Positions 22,697-32,499 of a stretch of DNA of 64,000 bases are shown piece by piece. Origin of the DNA: Waddliaceae bacterium (GTDB taxonomy: Bacteria > Chlamydiota > Chlamydiia > Chlamydiales > SLFE01). The stretch covers positions 1,600,001 to 1,664,000 of the forward strand of contig CAVYRW010000004.1 of the NCBI GenBank assembly GCA_963771045.1, given 5' to 3'. Within the stretch, counting starts at the first letter, position 1. Every line of letters begins with the position of its first letter. The notes beneath the pieces were generated by a model. The model had not been told where the DNA came from. It worked only from the letters and a program-made list of their open reading frames with translations, and searched no databases. Made by a program: the position numbers and the translations under genes.

Positions 22697-22985
22697 AAAC
22701 GGCCTCCTATTGTTTAAGCATTTGTTCCAAAGCCTCCCCGGCCCCGGCCATTAATGGCAGATTGTGAATTTCATCATAGATAAACCAGCCAAATGCTAGA
22801 TGCTCGTCAAAATCATCGGGTTTAGCTTTGTAAATTTTAAGCGCGCTCATAAAAAAACTCGCAGTTATTTTAATGATTTTTTCATTTTTTGTACATATTC
22901 ATAGGTTGTATTTTTAACTTGCCGAGAATATTAATTCTTCAATATAATCGATTCTATATTTTACGAAGAGATTAAGGAATGTTTT

Positions 22986-24092
22986 ATGCAGACATATACA
23001 AATCTCAGTCAACTCGGAAGCATTGGATTAGGGTGCCTGCAGTTAGAAACAATAGATGAAAACAAGGCTATTGACCTAATTTCGGCTTCCTATGACCTAG
23101 GGATAAGAATATTCGATACAGCTGCTGTATACGGCTCTGATAGAAGCAATGAAAAGCTGCTGGGAAAAGCTATAAAGAAAATTAAAACTGATCATGGCCC
23201 CGATGCTTTTATCTTTTTCTCCACCAAATGCGGGATTAACTTTTCAACCATCAATACCGAGTCAGAGGGATATGAAGCGAGCCCAGAACAAATACGGGCA
23301 TCAGTTAACACTAGTTTAAACAAGCTTCAGCAGAAGAAAATCCCTTTATTGTATCTCCATCGACTGAACCCCAAACAAAGTGATAACGAGCTAAAGAAAA
23401 CGCTCAATTGTCTAAAAGAACTCGTCGAAGAAGGCAAGGTGGAATATATTGGACTTTCCGAACCCAGCAAACATCAAATTCTAACAGCAAAAAGAGTCTT
23501 TGAAAAAACCAAAGGGCCTCGTAACCCATTTGCCTTCGTGCAATCTGCCTGTTCTGTGGCTACCCAACGAGCTTTTCACAACGGAGTATACAAAGCTTGT
23601 CAAACAAACGGCATTCAATTAGTGACTTATTCTTCCACTGTTAGAGGTCTTATCGATCCAGCACTCGCCGAAGAATTCAAAGGTGAGAATCCGGAGGAGT
23701 TAGAGCCTTCTCAAATTATTAAACGGATTCAAACGAGGCTCAATATCCCAGATGGCGATTTTCGCTTCTTAGTTGGCTTTTTCCACGAAAGCGTGATCCG
23801 GAAAAACCTCCAGTGCATTTTAAATTTTCAAGAGCTAGCGCAAACATGGGATATTCCGCCCTCGGAGTTAGCGCTCGCCTGGCAAAAAGAGAAAGGGATG
23901 ATACCCATACCCGGCACTACCAAGTTGGAGCATTTGCAAAGCAACATCAAAGCCATGTCTAGGAAGCTATCGGCAAAGCAAATGAAAGCCATTGATGACT
24001 GTTTCTGTTCATTTCAGGGAAATCCCAATCCTCCAAAAATGCTCGATAACGAAGCGCTCGAGGTACTGCCGGAATTAGCTGACAATCATTAA
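22986..24092 (+). CDS. Aldo/keto reductase
   Basis: IGLGC, FDTAAVYG, STKCG, LLYLHR, GKVEYIGLSE, IPIPGTTKLEHLQSN. Confidence 0.9.
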   Translation: MQTYTNLSQLGSIGLGCLQLETIDENKAIDLISASYDLGIRIFDTAAVYGSDRSNEKLLGKAIKKIKTDHGPDAFIFFSTKCGINFSTINTESEGYEASPEQIRASVNTSLNKLQQKKIPLLYLHRLNPKQSDNELKKTLNCLKELVEEGKVEYIGLSEPSKHQILTAKRVFEKTKGPRNPFAFVQSACSVATQRAFHNGVYKACQTNGIQLVTYSSTVRGLIDPALAEEFKGENPEELEPSQIIKRIQTRLNIPDGDFRFLVGFFHESVIRKNLQCILNFQELAQTWDIPPSELALAWQKEKGMIPIPGTTKLEHLQSNIKAMSRKLSAKQMKAIDDCFCSFQGNPNPPKMLDNEALEVLPELADNH

Positions 24093-24156
24093 TAATACTA
24101 TATTTTTAACTTGCCGAGTTATCCCGAAATTGTATGATAGAAGCTGACAAAAGGAT

Positions 24157-24609
24157 TTGACTATGACAAAAATTGTCCGGCTTCTGTTATTTTCAGCCCT
24201 CTGCTTTTCCTCTCTCTACAGCGCTGGAGAAGAATCGCCTATCACCCGTGAAAGAACCCAAAAAGCTATCGAGCAATACCAGGCCGAAGAAGAAATGGAC
24301 AGCGATACCAATTTCTACGACGAATTGTGGAATATTCTTTTTGCCCTGGCCGTTATCGTTGCGCTGATGATCGCCGCTACCTGGTTTTTAAGGCGCTTTA
24401 TGCAGGGGCGCATGGAGCAGATGAACGTATCAAGCACAATTAAAATTCTCGAGCAAAGAAACCTGAGTACAAAGTCGGTACTGTATATCGTGGAAGTCTA
24501 CGACAAACACATCTTGATCGGAGAGTCGTCTGCAGGTGTTGCCGCCATCGCCGAGTTCCCCATAGAAGAAGAGAAGTCTTTTCAGGATCTCATGGAGAAG
24601 AAGGAGTAA
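24157..24609 (+). CDS. FliO/MopB-like protein
   Basis: Signal peptide + TM helix then IKILEQRNLSTKSVLYIVEV..ILIG. Confidence 0.7.
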   Translation: MTMTKIVRLLLFSALCFSSLYSAGEESPITRERTQKAIEQYQAEEEMDSDTNFYDELWNILFALAVIVALMIAATWFLRRFMQGRMEQMNVSSTIKILEQRNLSTKSVLYIVEVYDKHILIGESSAGVAAIAEFPIEEEKSFQDLMEKKE

Positions 24610-25277
24610 ATTGGGATAATTTATAGATCCCAAGCTCTTTTTCAATTTCCGCAACCTGATCGACAACTTCCTGAAATCCGTTTGACCCAAACAGATCGAT
24701 TTCTTTTCTTTCAAATAAATCTCCCAATGAGTCGTATTCATCTTGGGTAATTAAATCTTTAAAAGCGGGAAACAGCACGGTGTCCTCACGTGCCTCATGA
24801 GGGCGGTACATCGCTATAAACGCATTCAAAATATCAATGATTGCCTGTCGTTTTTTGGGATCTTTCAAGTTCGCTGCCTTTGCGCGTGGCAAGACATATT
24901 TTGTCAATTGGCGCCCCCTCTCATGCTGCGTCCTTAAGCGTCTTGACAAGCTCGACCATCCGGCCAGCCTTCTCGAATCGGGGAAATATATAATTCTCTT
25001 CCAGTTGTTCGTGATAATTTTCAATAAAATCCTCGATGATGCCGGCGGATTGTTTCAGAAGGTCAGCAAGCGATTCGTACTGCCCATCGGGAAGCCGTTT
25101 TATGATCTCTTCGTATATCAGCAAAATCCGGTTCAATACCCCGTGCTCCCTCATCAAATCTTCCATGGGAGACACTTCCAAAGCCGGCTCCGGCTTTGCG
25201 TTATCTTCCCCGGTAAGATTCCGGACGCTTAAAAGAAATCAAAAACAGATATCCCAATACTCTAATTTTGTGGCACA
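24590..25277 (-). CDS. Hemerythrin/HHE-domain protein, frameshifted
   Basis: LMREHG, YHEQLEENYIFP, HERGR, HEAREDTVLFP; start approximate. Confidence 0.8.
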
Positions 25278-25365
25278 TAATCTCGAACAAATATTCATTT
25301 ATAATTACTTTAATTTAATCCCTTAATCAGATATTCTTGTCAACAAAACATTAGGAGTGTGAGCA

Positions 25366-25521
25366 ATGAGAACATTAGTTGCAGCATCATTAATTTTTAT
25401 GGCCGCGTTAACCGGCTGTGCCATGCCAACCGACAACGACTGGTCGACCAGCCCTATGACAAATAACCCGAACGTCATCAACCAAAGAGGCGATTCAGCG
25501 CTCCCCGGGATAAATATTTAG
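25366..25521 (+). CDS. Small (51 aa) lipoprotein, missing from the ORF track
   Basis: MRTLVAASLIFMAALTGCAMPTDNDWSTSPMTNNP..; lipobox LTGC, RBS AGGAG. Confidence 0.7.
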   Translation: MRTLVAASLIFMAALTGCAMPTDNDWSTSPMTNNPNVINQRGDSALPGINI

Positions 25522-25529
25522 GAGACACT

Positions 25530-26006
25530 ATGACCGATATGAATTTAAACAATCTTGTAACACTTTTTAATCAAAAAGGTTATGAGGCAAAAATCCAGGA
25601 AGAAACTGGACAGGTTTACGCGATTTTCAAAGAGAACGACCAGGAATACCCGATCTTTGCCAGAATTTACGAAGGAGGAGAACTTCTGCAGCTCATCGCA
25701 TTCTTTCCCTATCAGCTGGAAAAGGACGTGCTGCCCGATATCGCCAGGCTTCTCCATCTCTTGAACAAAGAGCTCGATATTCCCGGCTTCGGTATGGACG
25801 AATTCGGCGGAGTTTCGTTTTTCCGGTGTATGCTAAACACTCCCGGGAAAAAACTAAATGAAGACCTTCTCGACCTTTACCTAAACACTATCAGACTCGC
25901 CTGCAAATCTTTCGGCCCGACAATCGCTGCAGTCACTTCCGGAGCGATGTCTGTCGACGATATCATTTATAAAGCTCAAGCCGCCGTTAAGGAGATGAAA
26001 AAATAA
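25530..26006 (+). CDS. Type III secretion chaperone, YbjN/CT260 (Mcsc)-like
   Basis: LLQLIAFFP..ARLLHLLNKELDIPGFGMDE; directly upstream of dnaQ as CT260-CT261. Confidence 0.8.
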   Translation: MTDMNLNNLVTLFNQKGYEAKIQEETGQVYAIFKENDQEYPIFARIYEGGELLQLIAFFPYQLEKDVLPDIARLLHLLNKELDIPGFGMDEFGGVSFFRCMLNTPGKKLNEDLLDLYLNTIRLACKSFGPTIAAVTSGAMSVDDIIYKAQAAVKEMKK

Positions 26007-26009
26007 TCC

Positions 26010-26696
26010 ATGCGCGAAATTTTCTTCGATACCGAAACCACCGGCGTCCGTCCAGAAAAAGATTTCATCATCGAAATCGCCGCATACGACCCGAAAAACG
26101 ACAAAACATTTGAACAGTTTGTCAATCCGGGCATCCCGATCCCGCCAGAAGCGACTGCTATTCACAATATCACCGACGATATGGTCGCCGAAGCTCCCTC
26201 ATTCGAAGAAGTTGGGCAAGCCTTCACTGAATTTTGCGGAGAGGACGCTCTCCTGATCGCACACAACGGCGACGGCTTCGACATTCCGTTTTTGAAATCC
26301 GAATTCTCGCGAAACAACCTCGAATACCCCGCATGGAAAACTCTCGACACCCTCAAATGGGCCAGACGCTACCGCCCCGACCTCCCCCGCCATGCGCTGC
26401 AGTTTTTGCGGGAAAGCTATGGTTTTCCTTCGAACAATGCCCATAGGGCCCTCGATGACGTCATCGTCTTGCATCAAGTTTTTTCCGCCATGATCGACGA
26501 CCTCTCCATCGAGCAGATCTACAGCCTTTTGAACATGCCGAGACGGCTTCGCCATATGCCCTTCGGAAAGTACCAAGGGCAGCCGCTAAATAAGATCCCC
26601 AAAGATTATGTCAGGTGGCTGACGAAAAGCGGCGCCTTTGAGAGGCCCGAAAATCAGCAGCTGAAAGAAGCCTTGGCAGGCCTTGAGCTCTTATGA
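26010..26696 (+). CDS. dnaQ: DNA polymerase III epsilon-like 3'-5' exonuclease
   Basis: FDTETTG, AHNGDGFD, HRALDD; C-terminal MPFGKYQG domain. Confidence 0.88.
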   Translation: MREIFFDTETTGVRPEKDFIIEIAAYDPKNDKTFEQFVNPGIPIPPEATAIHNITDDMVAEAPSFEEVGQAFTEFCGEDALLIAHNGDGFDIPFLKSEFSRNNLEYPAWKTLDTLKWARRYRPDLPRHALQFLRESYGFPSNNAHRALDDVIVLHQVFSAMIDDLSIEQIYSLLNMPRRLRHMPFGKYQGQPLNKIPKDYVRWLTKSGAFERPENQQLKEALAGLELL

Positions 26697-27475
26697 AAAT
26701 TTGCATCGTCGGATGCGGGTACGTCGGCTCCCGCCAAGCTCGATATTGGCGCGAGAGAGAACATTCCATCACCGCCGCAACCCGTTCCCCCCACCGGTTC
26801 AACGAGCTTAAAACCTTTACAGACCATGTCATTCTCCTTTCCGACTCCTTTGCCAATGCTGTCAAAGGACAGGATGCCATCCTGATCACCGTGGCTCCCG
26901 GCCCGAAAGACGACCACTCCCATACCTACCTCCACACTGCTCGGGAAATCATCAAATCCGCAAGCCCCCACCAAACGATCCTCTATACAAGCAGCACCAG
27001 CGTCTATGGCGACCAGGGAGGAAATATTGTCGACGAGATGACGCCATTAAATCCCTTGAATGATAAGGCCCGTATCCTGATCGAAACAGAGAAGGAGCTG
27101 CTAAAACACCCCAAATCGTGTATTTTCCGCCTCGGGGAGATCCTCGGCCCTGGAAGAGAGATGAAAGAGAAGCTGCAGCGCTTCCAGGGCAGAGAACTTC
27201 CCGGAACCGGCGAAAACCCCGTCAATATTATCCATATCGACGACATCTTAAAAGCCCTTGATTTTGCCCTCGCCAATCACCTATCTGGGATATACAACCT
27301 CTGCAATGACGAGCACAGCCCGAGAAAAAAGCTCTATGCCGAAATTTGCGAAAAAGAAGGCATCCCCCTCCCCGCCTGGAATCCCGTTCTCTCCTCCCAT
27401 CACGGAGGAAACCGCATTGTCTCCAATCAAAAGCTCAAAAACGCCGGATTCCCCGGCTTCAGAGATTTACTATAA
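26693..27475 (+). CDS. NAD-dependent epimerase/dehydratase (atypical SDR)
   Basis: IVGCGYVG, YTSSTSVYG, RLGEILGPGR, IHIDD. Confidence 0.85.
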   Translation: MKICIVGCGYVGSRQARYWREREHSITAATRSPHRFNELKTFTDHVILLSDSFANAVKGQDAILITVAPGPKDDHSHTYLHTAREIIKSASPHQTILYTSSTSVYGDQGGNIVDEMTPLNPLNDKARILIETEKELLKHPKSCIFRLGEILGPGREMKEKLQRFQGRELPGTGENPVNIIHIDDILKALDFALANHLSGIYNLCNDEHSPRKKLYAEICEKEGIPLPAWNPVLSSHHGGNRIVSNQKLKNAGFPGFRDLL

Positions 27476-27555
27476 AGTAACAGAATTACAGATAATTTAT
27501 ATAATCTTAACATGTAAATATTATAATAAAAATTTAATAAAAAAGGGTTAGTAAC

Positions 27556-28227
27556 ATGACAATTCAAAATAGCATCCAATATATTTCACATCATAGGAGC
27601 CAGCTGACGTCCCATCCAGAAAAAAGCTGGCAGGGTAAAATTAAGGACGTTCTAGATAAAGTATTTCTTCCAAATGATGCTCAATTAACCATTTCGATAA
27701 AAAAGCATTATTCCGGTCATTTTGTCAGTGTTTACAAATGGAGCAAAGAGAACAGAAAATTTCCTAAAATTATCCGAATTGTGATGGGAAAAATATTTTC
27801 CTTCAAATCCCTATTGTTAACAAAGGCTTTCAGTGTAAGCATCAATAATGAAACACTTATCTTAACCAAGGGAGAAACGAGTTCCTTAAACAATAAAGTT
27901 GACCCACTTATCAAAAAAAATCGCAGCGTAAATGACATTATCGGCTCTTTTATGGTTAAAAAAGAAGGAGAAACAATAAGAATCAGAGTATCGAAAACTC
28001 TTTGTCAAGCAACAAGTGATGCTTTTGAAACTTTTGACTACAAATGGCATATTGATAATAACCTTTTTGACAACAAAGAACATATCACGAAAGTTCAATT
28101 TGAATATCCAAATGATATAGCCGATAAGATTGAAGATTTTGGTCTTTACACGATAACCAAAGAAAAAGCTAAAGAAGTATTTGGTCAAAATATTGATATT
28201 GAACCGATAGTATACAATTATAATTGA
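27556..28227 (+). CDS. Hypothetical protein, tandem paralogue 1
   Basis: Shares N-terminal domain (W..KI..V..LP.D..K.YS..Y.WS..PK..R..MG.IFS) with the next two genes. Confidence 0.75.
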   Translation: MTIQNSIQYISHHRSQLTSHPEKSWQGKIKDVLDKVFLPNDAQLTISIKKHYSGHFVSVYKWSKENRKFPKIIRIVMGKIFSFKSLLLTKAFSVSINNETLILTKGETSSLNNKVDPLIKKNRSVNDIIGSFMVKKEGETIRIRVSKTLCQATSDAFETFDYKWHIDNNLFDNKEHITKVQFEYPNDIADKIEDFGLYTITKEKAKEVFGQNIDIEPIVYNYN

Positions 28228-28369
28228 TTCCTCTACAGGGAAAAGAGCAGATCCCACTGTCGTTAAAATCCCATCGGGAGCCCTGCAGAATTCCTCGGTT
28301 TCAGATAATTTATATTTTCTTAACACATTATTTATACAATTGATTTACTACAAATTTGGAGTAATAAAT

Positions 28370-29122
28370 ATGAAAATAGATAGCGAAAGACTACAAAATA
28401 GTTTAAATGAAATTCTGCAAAATACAAACCTGCTTGAAAATGATTCGAAAAAGCAGAAAAAATGGCAAAAAAAAATTAATGACGTCCTTGAAGGATCAAA
28501 TCTTCCTACTGACCCTAAAATTGAAGTTGAGAAAAAATATTCCAGACCCCTGGCATTCAGTTATCGTTGGAGTAGAGATAGCAAAATTATCCCTAAAATT
28601 TTCCGCGTTGCAATGGGAAAAATATTTTCTGCCATATTTTTGCTAAAAAAATCTTTTGATATTACGATTAACGATAAGCACATCTTGTTAAGCAAAAAAG
28701 AAGCAATGTCATTAGTTAAAAAAACTTATGAACTTAATACAAATGATCATTCTCAACATAACAAATTGCCCAAACCACCAACCAATAAAAATCTTGGAGT
28801 TAGCAAAAATATTCAGATCGAATATATTAAATTTGAAATGAACAATAAAAATACAATAATGACAATAAATATTTCAGACGACCTAGTTATATTTGGTGAG
28901 CCTACTGATAAAAATTATGATCAACATCTAATAGAAGAGATTTCGAAAAATTTAGAAACGCTAGAAAAAATTAGAATTAAATGCGAAGATCTCGGAGATT
29001 TGAAATCAGAAATACCAAAATTACGATTCTACAAACATGTAAATAAGAAATACAATGTAGACATTGAAATAATCGTACCTGAAGCCAAGAAACCTCCGCA
29101 ACGCAAAAATTTTTCTGTTTAA
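28370..29122 (+). CDS. Hypothetical protein, tandem paralogue 2
   Basis: MKIDSERLQNS..KKYSRPLAFSYRWS..PKIFRVAMGKIFS. Confidence 0.75.
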   Translation: MKIDSERLQNSLNEILQNTNLLENDSKKQKKWQKKINDVLEGSNLPTDPKIEVEKKYSRPLAFSYRWSRDSKIIPKIFRVAMGKIFSAIFLLKKSFDITINDKHILLSKKEAMSLVKKTYELNTNDHSQHNKLPKPPTNKNLGVSKNIQIEYIKFEMNNKNTIMTINISDDLVIFGEPTDKNYDQHLIEEISKNLETLEKIRIKCEDLGDLKSEIPKLRFYKHVNKKYNVDIEIIVPEAKKPPQRKNFSV

Positions 29123-29302
29123 CCTGAGATTTTTTCTTCATTAGAAGGGGACAACCGGAGCAGAGAAGCGAACTAGCCCCTTCAAAAGCCCAAAACCCCG
29201 TTTTTGCCCCATTTCAGAGATTTACACTAAACTAACTGATAATTTATACAATCTTAACATAAGAATAGTAAAATTATTACTTAACAAATAAGAAGTAATA
29301 AT

Positions 29303-29977
29303 ATGAAAATTGATAATTCAAAATTAACAAATAGCATCAATTTGATTACTCATAATAGAAGCCTGCTTGAGAGCAATTCAAAAAAACAGAAAAGCTGGCA
29401 GAAAAAAATAGACAAAGCAGTCCAGAACATATTTCTTCCATTTGATGCAGATTTAAACATTACAGCACATAAAGAATATTCCCGACCATTAGGTTTGATT
29501 TATAGATGGAGTAAAAAAAGCGAATTGGTCCCTAAATTTTTGCGTGTCGCAATGGGAAATATATTTTCCTTCACCCCCCTGTTAAAAAAATCTATCGAGG
29601 TTTCGATTAATAATACAGATTTATCCTTAAGCAAAAAAGAAGCAAATGCATTAATCAGGAAAGTGAATTCAGGCACTCTTCTGGTTGATACTACCGATTC
29701 TTTTATGTATCGATGGGAAAATGAAACAAAAACAATGAGAATAAGAATTTCAAATACTCTATATAATCAAGAACAAGATGTATTTGAAGATTACGATCAA
29801 CAATTAATAGAGGAAATTAAAAACAAGTTTGAAGATTTAAAGCATGTTATCATTGAATATCCAGATAACGAGGAAATTTCAGAATCTAAAGTTAAAAAAT
29901 TGAAGATATTCAAAGATGTAGAAAAGGAATGCGATAATTCCCATATAGATATTGGAATAGACAAATTTAAATATTAA
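29303..29977 (+). CDS. Hypothetical protein, tandem paralogue 3
   Basis: MKIDNSKLTNS..KEYSRPLGLIYRWS..PKFLRVAMGNIFS. Confidence 0.75.
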   Translation: MKIDNSKLTNSINLITHNRSLLESNSKKQKSWQKKIDKAVQNIFLPFDADLNITAHKEYSRPLGLIYRWSKKSELVPKFLRVAMGNIFSFTPLLKKSIEVSINNTDLSLSKKEANALIRKVNSGTLLVDTTDSFMYRWENETKTMRIRISNTLYNQEQDVFEDYDQQLIEEIKNKFEDLKHVIIEYPDNEEISESKVKKLKIFKDVEKECDNSHIDIGIDKFKY

Positions 29978-29990
29978 TTAAATTTAAAAC

Positions 29991-30018
29991 TCCCCATTCA
30001 AACATGGGGAATTTTTTT
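29991..30018 (+). terminator. Probable intrinsic terminator
   Basis: TCCCCAT-TCAAAC-ATGGGGA followed by a T7 run. Confidence 0.6.
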
Positions 30019-30042
30019 ATAAAAAAATAAAATACCCCCATT

Positions 30043-30804
30043 ATGAGCATTGAAGTAGAAAGAAGGCTGCCTAATCGGAAACTTGCTGGTGACTTCCAGC
30101 AGCTGATTAAAATGATCGCCAGGTTTCTCAATACAGAAACTCATCTTGTGAAAAGCTCGCGACGCAGTCTTGAGAGAATTATCAAAGGAACTAGCGGCGA
30201 CTACTTTTATCAGAGCAGCACAAACAGGCTGACTGTCTTCATTCACGGACTCATGCACAATGAAACGGCCTTTCATAGATACGACCCTTTGCTAAAGTCA
30301 AAAAGCAGCATCTTAAGGGTCAACATCTCCAATTCATTCCAAGATATCGAAAAATCGGCACGAGAAGTGATCGGGAAAATCAAGCGATATTCCGAAGGGT
30401 CTGTTGACGTGCATCTGGTCGGACATTCTCTGGGCGGCCTTATCGCGGCGGCAATCGCCGAGTCGGGAGATTTTCCCGTAAAAAATGTCGTGGCTATCGG
30501 AAGCCCCTTTCACGGAACCAGCATCGCAAAATTCTTCACTTTCGGAAAAGCCGTGCAGCAAATGAAGCCCGGCTCCCCCTTTCTTAAGAGTCTTGTCGAA
30601 AGCATGAAAAGCTTTAAAGAGGTCAACTACCATTTTGCCGGTTCGGAATCAGATCCCGTCATCGATCCCTTAACCTCGTCTTTCCCGTTTGAGGACCATT
30701 TTATTTATCAGAAAAAGTTCGAAGGAATTGGCCATGGAGACCTGCTATACAATGAAGAGATGGAAAAGTGGGTCATGCAATCTCTCGGCATTCTTGACGT
30801 TTAG
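30043..30804 (+). CDS. Alpha/beta hydrolase (lipase/esterase) 1
   Basis: FIHGL, VGHSLGG, IGSPFHGT, DPVI, GHGDLL. Confidence 0.88.
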   Translation: MSIEVERRLPNRKLAGDFQQLIKMIARFLNTETHLVKSSRRSLERIIKGTSGDYFYQSSTNRLTVFIHGLMHNETAFHRYDPLLKSKSSILRVNISNSFQDIEKSAREVIGKIKRYSEGSVDVHLVGHSLGGLIAAAIAESGDFPVKNVVAIGSPFHGTSIAKFFTFGKAVQQMKPGSPFLKSLVESMKSFKEVNYHFAGSESDPVIDPLTSSFPFEDHFIYQKKFEGIGHGDLLYNEEMEKWVMQSLGILDV

Positions 30805-30841
30805 CCAAAAAAATCGATCTGTTTTATAATGACCTCTATCT

Positions 30842-31687
30842 ATGACTGTCAAATTTGAAACTAAAACTTTTTTCCAGGGCATTTCCCTCCAGGGGAAAGA
30901 AACTCTTAATAACATAGGCCGCAAGAGTTTTCGCGTTGTAAAAAAAATACAGCAGCTCATCACTGTTCTCATCCGATTTTTCAATACAGAAGCCCATTTT
31001 CCCAAATGTACATGGCTCTCTGTTAAAAGGCTGCTTCTTGGAACGGGGGGCGATTATTTTCATGCGACTGATACTAAAGTCCTCACCGTCTTCATCCACG
31101 GCTTTTTACACAATGAAACCGCTTTTAAGCATTATGACAGAGACCTTAAACCAAAAAGCGGCATCCTCAGGGTCAATATCTCCAATACGCTTCAAGATAT
31201 TGAAAAATCGGCTCGTGAAGTGAAAAATAAAATAAAAGATTGCTATGCCTTTTACAATCAAACTTTTGAAATTAATCTTGTCGCCCACTCATTGGGCGGG
31301 CTGGTCGCGGCCTGTTTAGCCGAGAATCATCAATCTAAGAAATTCACCGTTAAGAATGTCGTCGCGCTCGGCAGCCCGTTCCAGGGAACAAAGGCCGCCT
31401 GCATATTCGGATTTGCCGCATCGGTAAAACAGATGAGGCCAGACTCTGAATTTCTGAGCCGGCTTGCAGCACAAATGAAAAATAATCAACAGGTTAAGTA
31501 TCATTTTGTCGGCACGGAAAAAGATCCGATGATCATTCCCGGAAACTCTTCTTTTCCATTCGGAGAGAAGTATCCGTTTCAGAAAAAAATTGAGGGAAAG
31601 GGGCACCTATGCCTATTATTCAGTCAAGAGGTCAAAGATTGGGTGATTGAATGCCTGGGTATTTACGATACATCGCGTTGTGTATAA
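30842..31687 (+). CDS. Alpha/beta hydrolase (lipase/esterase) 2
   Basis: FIHGF, VAHSLGG, LGSPFQGT, DPMI, GHLCLL; close paralogue of the previous gene. Confidence 0.88.
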   Translation: MTVKFETKTFFQGISLQGKETLNNIGRKSFRVVKKIQQLITVLIRFFNTEAHFPKCTWLSVKRLLLGTGGDYFHATDTKVLTVFIHGFLHNETAFKHYDRDLKPKSGILRVNISNTLQDIEKSAREVKNKIKDCYAFYNQTFEINLVAHSLGGLVAACLAENHQSKKFTVKNVVALGSPFQGTKAACIFGFAASVKQMRPDSEFLSRLAAQMKNNQQVKYHFVGTEKDPMIIPGNSSFPFGEKYPFQKKIEGKGHLCLLFSQEVKDWVIECLGIYDTSRCV

Positions 31688-32499
31688 TTTTCCTGGCTTT
31701 TTCGACTGAGGGAAATTCTGCTCCCTATTTCCAGAAAGTCGTCAGCGAACTGAGGCACGACATCCCCTCGATTCTAAAATGCTGGACACATCGGTACTTT
31801 GACCCTGAAGATCAGCATTCGGAATTTCCCTCCAATTTGGAAGGCGAAATTCCCATCATCTTGATTCACGGCTACATGCACGATATTTCGGGATGGAAGC
31901 CGTTCCGCGATGCTTTGCAAGAGACCGGCTTTGGTCCCGTTTACGTTCCGAGGCTGACCAATTCTTCAGGAGATATCCGCTATTCGGCAAATGAGATCGC
32001 CTCGGTCATTCGGTATGTTCTCAAGCAGACAGGAAAGAGCCGCGTCATCCTGATCGGGCATTCCATGGGAGGGATCGTAGCCGCTTACTGCACTCAGCAC
32101 TATGCCGATGAAGGGACGGTTAAAGCTGTCATCACCATCGGGGCGCCGCTTCAGGGGACGCGCCTTGCCCACCTTGGCTTCGGCAAGGCTTCCAGGCAGA
32201 TGAGCTACCAAAGTCCCTTCTTGCAAAAATTAACCGCCCATATGACCTACAACCCCAAAGCCGAATACTTTTGTTTCGGAAGCACTGTTGACGAGGTGAT
32301 CAAACCGTACCAAAACGCCTATTATAAAACTCCTGACGACCTGGTTCACTTTCGTCTTTATTCCGATGTCGGGCATCAATCCTACCTTTTCGACGAAAAT
32401 GTGATCAACGAGGTCATCCTAATGATTGACGCATTGGATAATGGCGGCGGCAGAGATCATCCGAAGGTGCTGGTGAGGTTCAGAAAGCCTGTCGGTTAG
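31651..32499 (+). CDS. Alpha/beta hydrolase (lipase/esterase) 3, with signal peptide
   Basis: LIHGY, IGHSMGG, IGAPLQGT, DEVI, GHQSYL. Confidence 0.88.
   Translation: MPGYLRYIALCIIFLAFSTEGNSAPYFQKVVSELRHDIPSILKCWTHRYFDPEDQHSEFPSNLEGEIPIILIHGYMHDISGWKPFRDALQETGFGPVYVPRLTNSSGDIRYSANEIASVIRYVLKQTGKSRVILIGHSMGGIVAAYCTQHYADEGTVKAVITIGAPLQGTRLAHLGFGKASRQMSYQSPFLQKLTAHMTYNPKAEYFCFGSTVDEVIKPYQNAYYKTPDDLVHFRLYSDVGHQSYLFDENVINEVILMIDALDNGGGRDHPKVLVRFRKPVG

Noticed and set aside
24157..24609. Flagellar gene cluster
   Set aside because: Only a solitary FliO-like gene is present; there are no other flagellar genes in the window.
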